DNA of 64,000 nt, taken from assembly GCA_965140415.1 (NCBI GenBank), contig OZ223209.1:3200001-3264000 (forward strand), given 5' to 3'. Shown one piece after another: positions 20,990-31,079 of this stretch (the stretch's first letter is position 1; every line of letters begins with the position of its first letter). The DNA comes from Myxococcota bacterium. Its GTDB lineage: Bacteria; Myxococcota_A; SURF-8. The notes beneath the pieces are model-generated. The model made no database searches. It was not told the DNA's origin and was given only the letters and a program-made list of their open reading frames with translations. Position numbers and translations under genes: made by a program.

Positions 20990-21752
20990 CGATGTCCTCC
21001 AGAATCAACTGAGATACTTTGCGACCGCTTTTGAACATGCCGCCGAAAATCGGTCCCATGCGGAAACCGCCGCAAACGTTATTGGCCGCCATTCCGGAAG
21101 CGTATAATCCCGGATATAGACGTTTGGTGTTCTCCACCGTGCTGGCTTCGCCGCTCTCCATCCACATCGGCTTTTCTCCCATTACGTCACCGGTGGGAGT
21201 GTCGATTTTCACTCCGGCTTTTTTACATGCCAGGGTAATGATTTCACTGGGATGTCCGGTGCCGTCGAGCACCGCTTTGGCGGTAATCACGAGCGGATCG
21301 ACGTGCATTCCAAAGCGCTCGACCGGTGTCCAGTTGACGACGACACCACAGACTTTCTCATTCTGGAAAACGATGTCTTCGACGCTGACGGCATTGAACA
21401 GCACCGCTCCGGCTTTGCGAGCACCGAAGATCAAGCCGCTGGCGACTTCAACGGCGTCGGCGGTGTAATAGCCTTCTCCGGCAGGCTGGGCGGAAATGGT
21501 GAAATCTTCCAGGATCGAAAGGACATCTTCCTGCACCACGATTTCATTGAACAACATGCCGCCGCCCCAGATGCCACCACCCGGCGCCAGTTTGCGCTCG
21601 AAAATGGCAACCTTTTTACCGGCCTTGGCCAGTTCGCGCGCCGCGACCAGACCGCTTGGTCCTGCGCCCACGATGGCGACATCCACACTGAGGTGCTGGG
21701 TAAGTTTGTCGAAAAAGCGGCTGACGATGGATTGCGTTATTTTCTCTTCCAT
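20982..21752 (-). CDS. thi4: Thi4-family sulfide-dependent thiazole synthase (His-type)
   Basis: [39 protein letters not shown]; true start MEEKIT at 21752, since the longer ORF runs through the riboswitch. Confidence 0.93.
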   Translation of the reverse strand: MEEKITQSIVSRFFDKLTQHLSVDVAIVGAGPSGLVAARELAKAGKKVAIFERKLAPGGGIWGGGMLFNEIVVQEDVLSILEDFTISAQPAGEGYYTADAVEVASGLIFGARKAGAVLFNAVSVEDIVFQNEKVCGVVVNWTPVERFGMHVDPLVITAKAVLDGTGHPSEIITLACKKAGVKIDTPTGDVMGEKPMWMESGEASTVENTKRLYPGLYASGMAANNVCGGFRMGPIFGGMFKSGRKVSQLILEDIDG

Positions 21753-21774
21753 TAGCGATTCCTCTCTGCAAAGT

Positions 21775-21808
21775 AAAAAAGCGAGACCGTTTTTAAGGGC
21801 CTCGCTTT
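21775..21808 (-). terminator. Intrinsic terminator (riboswitch expression platform)
   Basis: Minus strand GCGAGGCC-loop-GGTCTCGC followed by TTTTTT, between the aptamer and the thi4 start. Confidence 0.75.
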
Positions 21809-21823
21809 GCTTGCAGCGTTCGC

Positions 21824-21906
21824 TCGGTTCCCTTGCGCCGGTATGATCCGGATCAGGTTCAATGGGTATGATCTCAGCCTGCGTAAAATGCAGGCACCCC
21901 AACCAG
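21824..21906 (-). ncRNA. TPP riboswitch
   Basis: Minus strand GGGGTGCCTGC..GCAGGCTGAGATCATACCCATTGAACCTGATCCGGATCATACCGGCGCAAGGGAA matches the THI-box consensus; upstream of thi4-thiE. Confidence 0.96.
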
Positions 21907-22090
21907 TCACGATCCCGAATTGTCAAAAAGCGGGTGAAGAATAGCGCCGATATCTTTCAGTAGCAAGGAAAAATGAAAGCGACTGCCGATTTTAGATTCG
22001 TTTCCGATAAATTGCTTGAACTTGTCCGAAAAGAAAGGTCATGATATAGCATACGGAGATCAGCAAAGCATCCTATACCGGAGAATCGCC

Positions 22091-25000
22091 ATGTATCGTT
22101 CCATGAAACTTCATGTCGCACTTTCGATATGCGTCATCTCGCTATTCAGTTCCTTTAACCTGTTTGCCGGTTCATTCGAAGCGGAACTCAACCCAAAAAC
22201 GTTGAGCACAGGTATTCACAATGCAATCGAGCGGCACCCGGAAATATTTCCATTCGGCTTGCACGTTCTGAAAACGTCTCTGGAAGGAACGACTGCCGAA
22301 GTGGTTTTCAATGAAGCACTGCTGCCATATTCGGAAAGCCCGGCCTGGGTCGATGAGATGCTTCACGCACTGTTTCTCGCCATCCCCAGTGCCCGGTCGA
22401 TCAAAGTGTATATTCAACAGGGCGACGAGGTCGTTTCCCTGAATGAATTGGTACGGCTGCGACCCGAATTTCCGGATGAAGACGCCGCCCCCGAGGCTTT
22501 TCTGATCGAACCGGTCAATGATTCATCATTTTTTCCGGTACCGGGGCCATTAAACGGAGTACGCATCGCGGTCAGTCCGGGACACGGCTGGACCTGGACG
22601 GGCAGTGGATGGGGCCTCCAGCGTCATGATATGTACCCGGAGATGCCGTTGCATTTCACTGAAGACATGTCCAACGCCCGTTTCGCCAAGCATGTGATTT
22701 CGGCTCTTGAGCGCACGGGAGCTTATGTCTTCAGCTGCCGCGAACGAGATTTCAATACCAACGAACGAATTGTCGATAACGATGATATAAGCAGCGGTTT
22801 CAGTGCGGGTGAAGGCTGGTACGAAAGCACCTATGCCGGGTTCAACGGTGGAACCTACATGGTTCATCCCACAAGTGGCGATCCAGATGCCCCAGCCGCT
22901 GCTTTCGCACCGGATTTTCCTTATAATGGCTGGTATGCGGTTTACGTCGCCTATCGTGCTGGAGAAAACCGGGCGACCGACGCACGCTATGAAATCCGCT
23001 ATGCAGGAGGCACACAGGTTGTTCAACTCGATCAGGAGGTACAAGACCGGCGCTGGGTCTACGTCGGCAGCTATCCCTTCGAAGCAGGTGGCGAGAACGG
23101 GCAAGGCGTGTGGTTGTCTCCCTACTCACAAGAAGATGGCCAGGTGGTGATTGCAGACTCCGTCAAATTCGGAGGAGGCATGGGATCTCTTCTGCGTGAA
23201 GGCGAGTCCAGCGGCTACCCTCGCTGGGAGGAAGCCTCAAGATACTGGACGGAGTTTGCCGGTGCGCCATCAGAGGTATATCAAGCTCGCTCGACCGAGC
23301 GCGACTCCGACGTGGTGGCGCGTCCGCTATACGCCAACTGGGTCGGTGCAGATGCCTACCTGTCGATTCACACCAACGCGGGCGGAGGAACGGGAACGGA
23401 AACCTACATGTACGACGGCAACGCCACGGCTGGCAGCGAGCAATGGCGCGACATCGTGCATAACAGCATCGTGCAGGCCATCAGAAGCGAATGGGATGAA
23501 AACTGGGTGAATCGCGGTCTGAAAGCGGGCGACTACGGGGAAGTTCGGGAATTGACCTACATGCCGGGTTGCCTGACCGAGATCGGCTTTCACGACAATG
23601 CAGAGGACATCATGCTGTTGGCACACCCCTTGTTCCGGGAAACCATCGGACGTGCCATCGCCTACGCCGCGTTGAATTTCTTCTCTCCCGACACACCGCT
23701 GTACCCTCTTCCGGTTCGGGGCGTGTATGCAAAAGCGGTTTCAGGTGGTGTGCAAGTCGGCTGGCAACCCCAAGACGATACGACATGGGGAGAACAGACC
23801 GAACCAGACTACTACCGTATTCGTATTGCACAGGGGTTATATCCGACGTCGCAGGAATTCGTAACGACGGCGGAAACCTCATACCTGTTTACCGACCTCG
23901 AAGCCGGAGAAGCATACTCATTCACGATTACCGCCATCAACAGCGGCGGCGAAAGCCTGCCCAGTGAACCGGTCGTTGCCCGTGTTTATCCCGACCGCCC
24001 GGTACAAGTTCTATTGGTGAACGGTTTCGACCGCATGGATTATTATATCGATGAAGAAGAGAACACCGGAGAGTACATCCTGATTCACGCGAAAGCAATA
24101 CTTGCTGCTGGTGAATACGGTTTCGTATCCTGTTCCAATGAAGCGGTGAAAGACGGCACGGTGGACCTGTCTTCCTATGCCATGGTGGACTGGTCTCTGG
24201 GTGAGGAAACTCGGCTGGATAACGAGCCGGAGGATTTCATCGCGTTTTCGGAAGAGGAACGCACGAAGCTTTCCGCATTCGTCACCAACGGCGGCGGGCT
24301 TTTCGTAAGTGGCTCGGAAGTCGGCTACGACGTCTCCGAGGTCCACTCCGACGACCTTGCATACATGGCCTTCTACCAATCGGTATTGAAAGCGGTCTAT
24401 GTCAGTGACGATGCCGACAGCTATTCTTTCCAAGGCTCAAGCGGATCGATTTTCGATGGTTTGCAGGGATCTTTCGATAATGGCGAAAACCTGGTTTATG
24501 ATGTCGATTTCCCCGACGTGATCAACCCGATCAACGGAAGCGAACGCTGCATGTTTTACGGCAGCAACGACACACAAGGCATGGCGACCTGTCGTGTGGG
24601 TGGCTCCGAAAACGTTATTTATTTCGGTGTTCCTTTCGAAACGATCCTAACCGATAGCTTGCGTAACCAGATCATGAGCCGCGTTCTTGAAGCCTTGGCA
24701 GGTGACCCCTTCATCGGAGTCGATGGCGACATGGATTCCGATCTTGAGTACGATATGGACAATGAGATCACTGAGTTCGTTGTCGATGGGGATGAAGAAA
24801 TCCCTGTGGATGGCGACATTGAAGAATCGGAACAAGAAGAGGAATGGGAAGAACCCGGCATTGACGGGGATGATGTGGACGAAGACACGGATTTCGCAGA
24901 AGAAGAAAATAGTGAAACGACACCCGCAGATGAGGAGGAAGACATCACCTATTACACTCCGGTAGATGGCGATGTTCCCCTATGTCAACCCGGATATATC

Positions 25001-25159
25001 TATGAAAACGGCACCTGTGTGCTTTACGGCGAAAACGACGACGGCTGTGGTTGCCGAAACAGCCCACAGCCATCGTTTTCATCAATGCTGATATTCTCAA
25101 TTGTTTTGCTGGCGGGTACAATCCGACGCCGCAAATACGGTCATCGCTTCAAAGCTTGA
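22091..25159 (+). CDS. Secreted N-acetylmuramoyl-L-alanine amidase with golvesin/Xly-like domain, FN3, acidic linker and C-terminal sorting tail
   Basis: SPGHG, TED, SIHTNA, TEIGFHDN amidase_3 motifs; VIADSVKFGGG; FN3 (YSFTITAINSGGES); GCGC-TM-RRRK tail. Confidence 0.85.
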   Translation: MYRSMKLHVALSICVISLFSSFNLFAGSFEAELNPKTLSTGIHNAIERHPEIFPFGLHVLKTSLEGTTAEVVFNEALLPYSESPAWVDEMLHALFLAIPSARSIKVYIQQGDEVVSLNELVRLRPEFPDEDAAPEAFLIEPVNDSSFFPVPGPLNGVRIAVSPGHGWTWTGSGWGLQRHDMYPEMPLHFTEDMSNARFAKHVISALERTGAYVFSCRERDFNTNERIVDNDDISSGFSAGEGWYESTYAGFNGGTYMVHPTSGDPDAPAAAFAPDFPYNGWYAVYVAYRAGENRATDARYEIRYAGGTQVVQLDQEVQDRRWVYVGSYPFEAGGENGQGVWLSPYSQEDGQVVIADSVKFGGGMGSLLREGESSGYPRWEEASRYWTEFAGAPSEVYQARSTERDSDVVARPLYANWVGADAYLSIHTNAGGGTGTETYMYDGNATAGSEQWRDIVHNSIVQAIRSEWDENWVNRGLKAGDYGEVRELTYMPGCLTEIGFHDNAEDIMLLAHPLFRETIGRAIAYAALNFFSPDTPLYPLPVRGVYAKAVSGGVQVGWQPQDDTTWGEQTEPDYYRIRIAQGLYPTSQEFVTTAETSYLFTDLEAGEAYSFTITAINSGGESLPSEPVVARVYPDRPVQVLLVNGFDRMDYYIDEEENTGEYILIHAKAILAAGEYGFVSCSNEAVKDGTVDLSSYAMVDWSLGEETRLDNEPEDFIAFSEEERTKLSAFVTNGGGLFVSGSEVGYDVSEVHSDDLAYMAFYQSVLKAVYVSDDADSYSFQGSSGSIFDGLQGSFDNGENLVYDVDFPDVINPINGSERCMFYGSNDTQGMATCRVGGSENVIYFGVPFETILTDSLRNQIMSRVLEALAGDPFIGVDGDMDSDLEYDMDNEITEFVVDGDEEIPVDGDIEESEQEEEWEEPGIDGDDVDEDTDFAEEENSETTPADEEEDITYYTPVDGDVPLCQPGYIYENGTCVLYGENDDGCGCRNSPQPSFSSMLIFSIVLLAGTIRRRKYGHRFKA

Positions 25160-25163
25160 ACCT

Positions 25164-25649
25164 TTACGATCCGTAACTCTGGAATTCCTGCGTCTCCAGA
25201 ATATCTTGCGGGGTTTCATAGAACTTGATGAGGTTCTCGATCAGTTTGTGATGCATTTCCTCTTCCTTGGCCAGCATCGTCAACAGATGCTTCAGGTTGG
25301 CATCGGCGGTTTTCATAGATTCTTCGAGGAAATGGTTGCGAGTGCGATCTTCGAAATCCAACGCCGCTTTCAGTGTATCAAGAATACCCGCTTCCTTTGA
25401 CAGGAAGTGGTCGTCTTTAATGCAGGCTTCCTTGATGATTCCTTTAATATTTTTCATGGATTCGGAAGCCTTGTATTCCAATGTGCTTCCCTTTTTCAAG
25501 GTCTCCAAAAACGCGGCATGCTGCTGCTCGTCTTTGGCCAGATTCATGAAGATTTCCTTCACGGCAGGATTCTCGGCTTTCTCAGCGCTTTTCTTGAAGA
25601 ACGCAAGTCCTTGATATTCAAACTCAATTGCCTGATCCAGAATGTCCAT
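25164..25649 (-). CDS. Ferritin-like/rubrerythrin-family protein
   Basis: Two repeats of A..E...F....LA.(D/E)E..H. Confidence 0.85.
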   Translation of the reverse strand: MDILDQAIEFEYQGLAFFKKSAEKAENPAVKEIFMNLAKDEQQHAAFLETLKKGSTLEYKASESMKNIKGIIKEACIKDDHFLSKEAGILDTLKAALDFEDRTRNHFLEESMKTADANLKHLLTMLAKEEEMHHKLIENLIKFYETPQDILETQEFQSYGS

Positions 25650-26028
25650 CTCGCTCTCCTTGGGATTGGGTTGTCATGATGCTTTGCCTGTTGCGTATTC
25701 GTTTCGAATCGTATCAATAGAGAATCTTTAGGACATTTGCATTCCCTTAAAATTACTTGCACCTTTCTAACAGGCTTTAAATGAATGCAACTGTACGAGT
25801 GACAGCAACTTTTCTTGACAATTATGCAAGGATATAGCATTTTCAAAAGTGACGTTCGTACAAAGTGTCAGAAAAATTGAAAGTTATGGGGCTAGCCACG
25901 GAAAACCGGAAAAGGACTTCCGCGTTTAGCATCGTGGCCTTGTCAGTCCGACTTCATACCTGTACCTGAGCAACTACAGGATTTTCTTATTGGGTCGTTT
26001 CTATTTGTACTAACCGGGAGGTGATTTG

Positions 26029-27810
26029 ATGGGTGAGCATCCGAATCCTTACTATGTTGATGAATCGAAGCCTTGGTTCTCCGAAGAAGCTGGTTGGCCG
26101 GCAGAGGTTCCCAAAAACGTTGAGTTCCCGAATCTGTCGCTGGGGCAGATGTTGCGGGAATCCGCGCAAAAATGGCCCAACCACAATGTGGCCTGGTTTT
26201 TGGACACCTTCATGACTTACAAGCAATTGGATGACTACGTCGACCACTTCGCTTCCGCACTTCATAAACTGGGCGTGCGCAAGGGTGATGTCGTCTCCAT
26301 GTTGTTACCTAACAGCTTCCAGTATCTTGTGGGTTATTACGCAGCAGCCAGAATCGGCGCTGTCGCTTCCGGTGTCAACCCCACCTACAAACCGATGGAA
26401 ATTCTGCATCAGCTTAAAACCGTCAATTCCAAGGTTCTGGTTGTCCTGGATGCCCTGTATGAAACCGCAATTGCCCCCATCATCGAAGAATCCCCGGTGG
26501 AATACGTCGTCTCGACAAACATTACCGACCTGCTTGGACTGTCGCCGATCAAGCGTTTTCTGGGCAAGATGCTGAAAAAGATTCCAACGGGTGCAGTGCC
26601 CGCCGGAACGTTGCAGTTCAAAGATCTTATTAAAACGCCGATCAATCTACCCCAGGTTACGGTGGATGCGTATGATGTCGCCACCTATATCATGACCGGT
26701 GGCACCACCGGCGTTCCCAAAGCCGCGATCTTGTCCCACATGAATTGCGTGGCCAACAGCATTCAATGCGAGAAATGGCTGTATAAAGTAGCGACCGGTT
26801 CTTGCAACGTCGGCGTACTGCCGCTGTTCCACAGCTTTGCCATGACCGCAGTGATGAACTGTAGCGTTCGTGTTGGCGCGTGGATGATGCTCTTCCCGCG
26901 TCCGCCGGAGACTGCTGAATTACTGGAACGCATCGCAGAGTTGGGCGTAGACGAAAAAACCATGTACTGCGGAGCGGAAATCCTGTTCCAGCGCATTGCC
27001 GAGTTCCCTGGTATCGAAGACATGAAGATCAATGGCAAACTGTCGCTGTGCGTCAGTGGAGCCGGGCCGCTGCATCGACCGGTGCAGGAAGCCTTTGAAA
27101 AACGCACAGGCGCTCGCTTGTCCGAAGGTTTCGGCCTTACGGAATCCTCTCCGGTCGTGTCCGCCGGTCCATTCTGGGGAAATCGCATCGTCGGCTCTAT
27201 TGGCCTGCCCTTCCCCGGCACGGAATGGAAAATCATGGATGTCGAGAATTTCGGAAAAGAAAAAGAACTCTGCCCTGTGGGCCAGGAACCGGATCAGGAT
27301 ATCCATATCGGCGAGTTGTGCGTGGCCGGTCCCCAGGTGATGGTCGGTTATCTGAATCGCCCGGATGAAACCGCCGATACCGTTGTGGAATGGAATGGCA
27401 AGAAGTGGCTTCGCACCGGCGACATCGGTTTCCTGGACGAAATGGGCCGAGGCTACATCCGCGATCGTCTGAAGCAACTGATCAAGTACAAAGGCTATTC
27501 GGTATTCCCGAAAGAAGTCGAAGAATTGGTTGGGCAACACGAATCCGTGCTTGAGGTGGCGGTCGCAGGTCTGCCGGACAGTGAAACCGGCGAGCGTATC
27601 AAAGCCTGGGTGGTATTGCGTAATGAGTGGAAGGGGAAAATCAGTGAAGAGGAACTGATGCAGTGGTGTCGCAAGAGCATGACTCACTACAAAGTTCCCA
27701 GCTTTATCAACTTCATCGATGAACTCCCCAAAACGCTGGTGGGAAAAGTGCTGCGTCGCGAGTTGCAGGAAGCCGATCCCATTTACATCGAATACCACAA
27801 AAACAAATAA
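26029..27810 (+). CDS. fadD: Long-chain fatty acid--CoA ligase
   Basis: TGGTTGVPK, GFGLTESSP, LRTGDIG, PKTLVGK. Confidence 0.88.
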   Translation: MGEHPNPYYVDESKPWFSEEAGWPAEVPKNVEFPNLSLGQMLRESAQKWPNHNVAWFLDTFMTYKQLDDYVDHFASALHKLGVRKGDVVSMLLPNSFQYLVGYYAAARIGAVASGVNPTYKPMEILHQLKTVNSKVLVVLDALYETAIAPIIEESPVEYVVSTNITDLLGLSPIKRFLGKMLKKIPTGAVPAGTLQFKDLIKTPINLPQVTVDAYDVATYIMTGGTTGVPKAAILSHMNCVANSIQCEKWLYKVATGSCNVGVLPLFHSFAMTAVMNCSVRVGAWMMLFPRPPETAELLERIAELGVDEKTMYCGAEILFQRIAEFPGIEDMKINGKLSLCVSGAGPLHRPVQEAFEKRTGARLSEGFGLTESSPVVSAGPFWGNRIVGSIGLPFPGTEWKIMDVENFGKEKELCPVGQEPDQDIHIGELCVAGPQVMVGYLNRPDETADTVVEWNGKKWLRTGDIGFLDEMGRGYIRDRLKQLIKYKGYSVFPKEVEELVGQHESVLEVAVAGLPDSETGERIKAWVVLRNEWKGKISEEELMQWCRKSMTHYKVPSFINFIDELPKTLVGKVLRRELQEADPIYIEYHKNK

Positions 27811-27832
27811 CGATCCTCCGGATTGACCCCCG

Positions 27833-27880
27833 AACGCCCCTGAAAACGATGATGCTTTCAGGGGCGTTTCAGTTTACTTT
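27833..27880 (+). terminator. Intrinsic terminator after fadD
   Basis: AACGCCCCTGAAA / TTTCAGGGGCGTT stem followed by a T-rich tail. Confidence 0.8.
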
Positions 27881-28108
27881 TTCATTTTCAGAAATCAATA
27901 GAACCGTAAAAATCACGGGGTTGAAACATCAAATGACGTTCACATCTGCATGAAATATGAAAGCTTCCCGAAGAAATCCTTCTTCATTGTCTGAATTCGG
28001 TAAAATTGGGGTTGCTTTCATCCATAATCTTTAGGATAATTAAGTGTAATATTTCATGAGCATAGCTTGCTGTTCCATTCTCTGTTCAAAGCAGGAGGAG
28101 TCCGTTTC

Positions 28109-28890
28109 ATGGCGCACGTGATTGTCATGCATGGTCGGGATGTAATCCAGAAAATCAAGCTGGAAAAAGTAGAGAACCTGATTGGCCGTTCGCTTGGAGC
28201 CGAAATACCGCTGGACAACGTGCTGGTCAGCCGGCGTCACGCGATGTTGGCAAAAGAGCGGGGAATCTGGATCGTTCGTGAACTATCCGGAAAAAACGGC
28301 ATTTACGTCAATGGGGAACGGGTGCGCAAACACGCATTACGCGATGGAGATCAGATCGGCGTCGGCAAGTATACGATCCGATTCTGGTTTCACGGGATGA
28401 AGTCGAGCGCGATCTGGCCGTTGCCCACGGCAAACCCGGAGCGGACTTTAAGGTGTCTACCGGTGATTTGCTTGGGGGCAAAACCGACAAGGAAGCGGTC
28501 AAGCGTGTTGTGCAAAAAGTGAATTCCTCCGAATCTACAATGCGGCTGGACAAGTCCGAGTTGGACACCCTGCGGCAGCAGATGAATTTACGCCAGAAAG
28601 CCCATTTCGTTGCGGTAACGCAGATGAGTCGGGCGACTTTCCCCTTGGACAAGACGGTCGTCACTATCGGGCGCGACAAGAGCTGTGACATTCCCCTTCC
28701 CGGCGGCCTTTTTGTCGGCAAAGTACATGCGGAAGTAAAATTCAATGGCAAAGCGTGGCTTATCGAGCACATCTCGGGTATGGCCGGTATTAAAGTCAAT
28801 GGCAACAAGGTAACTCAAGCGGCTCTTAGTGACGGCGACGAAGTGAAAATCGGATCGCATTGCATCCGTTTCCTGGACGATATGCACTGA
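28109..28890 (+). pseudogene. Tandem FHA-domain protein split by a 1-nt frameshift near 28383 (pseudogene or sequencing error)
   Basis: FHA1 (IGRS..VSRRHA..NGIYVNG) in one frame; linker LVSRDEVERDL and FHA2 (IGRD..VGKVHA..VNG) in the -1 frame. Confidence 0.8.
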
Positions 28891-28923
28891 TTCTAAAGAA
28901 ACATCTTTACATATTGTTGTCAT

Positions 28924-28961
28924 AAACGAAAAACGGCCCCCAAAGGGGCCGAATTTCGTTT
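28924..28961. terminator. Bidirectional terminator between the FHA gene and metK
   Basis: AAACGAAA-CGGCCCC / GGGGCCG-TTTCGTTT between convergent genes. Confidence 0.75.
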
Positions 28962-28975
28962 GAGTCGTATCAAGA

Positions 28976-30139
28976 TCAGGTCGCGTCGGCTTTGAGATCC
29001 GCAGCTTTTCCGGTCGCTTCCCAGCTCATCTTGCTGACATTTTTTCCAAAGTGACCGTAAGAGGCCGTCTTTTTGTACATCGGCTTCTTCAGGTCCAGAT
29101 ATTCGATGATCTGAGCGGGTTTCAACGGGAAGTGCTTGCGAACCAGCTGGACGATTTTGCCGTCGTCTATGGCGCCTGTGCCGAAGCTATCCACCATAAC
29201 GGAAACCGGCTCGGCTACGCCGATTGCATAAGCCAGCTGCACTTCGCAACGCTGGGCCAGTTTGGCCGCTACGATGTTTTTGGCGATATGACGGGCCATA
29301 TAAGCTGCGGAGCGGTCCACCTTGCTCGGATCTTTACCCGAGAAGCAACCACCACCATGACGAGACCAGCCACCGTAGGTGTCCACGATGATCTTGCGTC
29401 CGGTCAGGCCGCAATCACCCAACGGACCGCCAACCACAAAGCGTCCGGTCGGATTGACGAGAATTTTTGTTTTGGCGTTGACCAGCTTTGGAGGAATCAC
29501 CGGTTTGATGACTTCCTCGATGATGCCTTCGCGGATGGCTTTGTCTTTGGCCTTGTTGCTGTGTTGGCTGGAGATGACGATAGTCGGGATATAAACGGCC
29601 TTATTGTCCTTGAATTCCACTGTAACCTGGGATTTGCCATCCGGTCCCAAGAAATCCAGAATGCCTTTCTTGCGGACGACCGACAAGCGCTTTGTAAGCT
29701 GATGAGCCAGGGAAATCGGCAGTGGCATCAATTCGCGAGTATCGTTACAGGCATAGCCGAACATCAAGCCTTGATCGCCTGCGCCCTGCTCCTTGAATTT
29801 GCCTGTTCCCTCGGTCACGCCCTGGCTGATGTCTGGCGATTGTTTATCGATGCTTGTAATCACTGCACAGGTATTGCAATCAAATCCCAATTTTGCATTG
29901 GTATAGCCGATTTCCTCGATTGTTTTGCGGACCACATCGGGGATATCCACGTAACATTCCGTTGTGATTTCACCGGCAACCACGGCCATTCCGGTCGTTA
30001 CCAGGGTTTCGCATGCTACGCGGGAGTTGGGATCCTGAGCCAACATGGAATCCAATATCGCATCGGAAATCTGATCGGCGACTTTGTCCGGGTGCCCTTC
30101 GGTAACCGATTCAGAACTGAACAAGAAATCTTTCAACAT
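28976..30139 (-). CDS. metK: S-adenosylmethionine synthetase
   Basis: [33 protein letters not shown]. Confidence 0.98.
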   Translation of the reverse strand: MLKDFLFSSESVTEGHPDKVADQISDAILDSMLAQDPNSRVACETLVTTGMAVVAGEITTECYVDIPDVVRKTIEEIGYTNAKLGFDCNTCAVITSIDKQSPDISQGVTEGTGKFKEQGAGDQGLMFGYACNDTRELMPLPISLAHQLTKRLSVVRKKGILDFLGPDGKSQVTVEFKDNKAVYIPTIVISSQHSNKAKDKAIREGIIEEVIKPVIPPKLVNAKTKILVNPTGRFVVGGPLGDCGLTGRKIIVDTYGGWSRHGGGCFSGKDPSKVDRSAAYMARHIAKNIVAAKLAQRCEVQLAYAIGVAEPVSVMVDSFGTGAIDDGKIVQLVRKHFPLKPAQIIEYLDLKKPMYKKTASYGHFGKNVSKMSWEATGKAADLKADAT

Positions 30140-30561
30140 TAAAGGCCTCCTTGCGGTCTATGTGGTCGTAACAGAAGGAATTCATGCATTCAGTTTGCAT
30201 GTTGCAATCCCTCTTGCGACCTTTAACTAGCTCGTCAATAGGGCGTATTGTCTATCATTGCACATAGGTTTTGTCAAGGATTTGTGACGGTTGACATAAT
30301 GTTGTACTCACATTCTAGTGAATTGCTTTTGCAAATTTCGTTTAACCCGATCGGGCGCACAGGTTTACATGGAAGGCTGTAACTAATAAGTGTAATAATA
30401 TCAGCAATATGCCTTTGGCGATATTTCTTAAGTAGTGTTAAAAAGAAGCTTTCATATTGAGTAAGTCGGAGTATCAAATTTTCTTGACAGTATAGTGAAA
30501 ATCCCCTACTGTTTGCAGTCAATAAACGATGGATCTCTTACCATAACTATTGAGGTATCCC

Positions 30562-30747
30562 ATGTCGTCAATCGAAGAACAGTTCGAAGTTCTATATGAT
30601 TATTTCTCTGAAGATTCGGTCGAAAGTATGTTCAATAATCTTCCCCAGGAAACATTGGACGAAGTCCTTCAGGTGATTCAACTGGTAGATAAACGCTTGA
30701 ATCAGTACAAAAGTCGAATTAAAGAGATGGAAGCTCGGATGAAGTAG
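30562..30747 (+). CDS. Small acidic/coiled-coil hypothetical protein (61 aa)
   Basis: RBS GAGG; upstream TTGACA-17-TACTGT promoter-like sequence; plausible helical protein. Confidence 0.5.
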   Translation: MSSIEEQFEVLYDYFSEDSVESMFNNLPQETLDEVLQVIQLVDKRLNQYKSRIKEMEARMK

Positions 30748-31079
30748 CGGGTCGGCAGTCTTTTTTCAATCTCAAAATCAGATCAAGTTGTGGGGGTAAG
30801 GGAGAGTTGCGATCTGGTCAAGGACTACATCGGAATTAGTGATGTTTCGGTGTGATCTAAAACCCGGATATGAATACGGGTGCTTTCTACTTGCTTTTAC
30901 CTCCCCATCATCTCTTCATCTGCTTTTTTCATAAAAAGCAGTACCCAATTCCGGCCTCATCTTGTATTATCAGTAGACAACATGAAGTATAGTTCCAGAA
31001 TATAAAGAGGCGAGATCGCCGATCTGGCAGCGATTTAGGTTATTCATTCCAACACGATGCTTTGGAAGGGGAACTCTAT

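Noticed and set aside
21753-21926. N-terminal extension of Thi4 in the ORF track
   Set aside because: Overlaps the TPP riboswitch and terminator; an RBS precedes ATG 21752
26920-27798. 292-aa antisense ORF (and similar ones at 44653-45336 and 55749-56408)
   Set aside because: Shadows of well-supported genes on the opposite strand
29051-30142. 363-aa plus-strand ORF
   Set aside because: Antisense shadow of metK; no recognisable motifs
30140-30500. SAM riboswitch upstream of metK
   Set aside because: No SAM-I or SAM-II consensus recognised on the minus strand
30790-31079. Glycine riboswitch before AGCS
   Set aside because: GGAGAG is present but the CCGAAG and CTCTCAGG cores are absent
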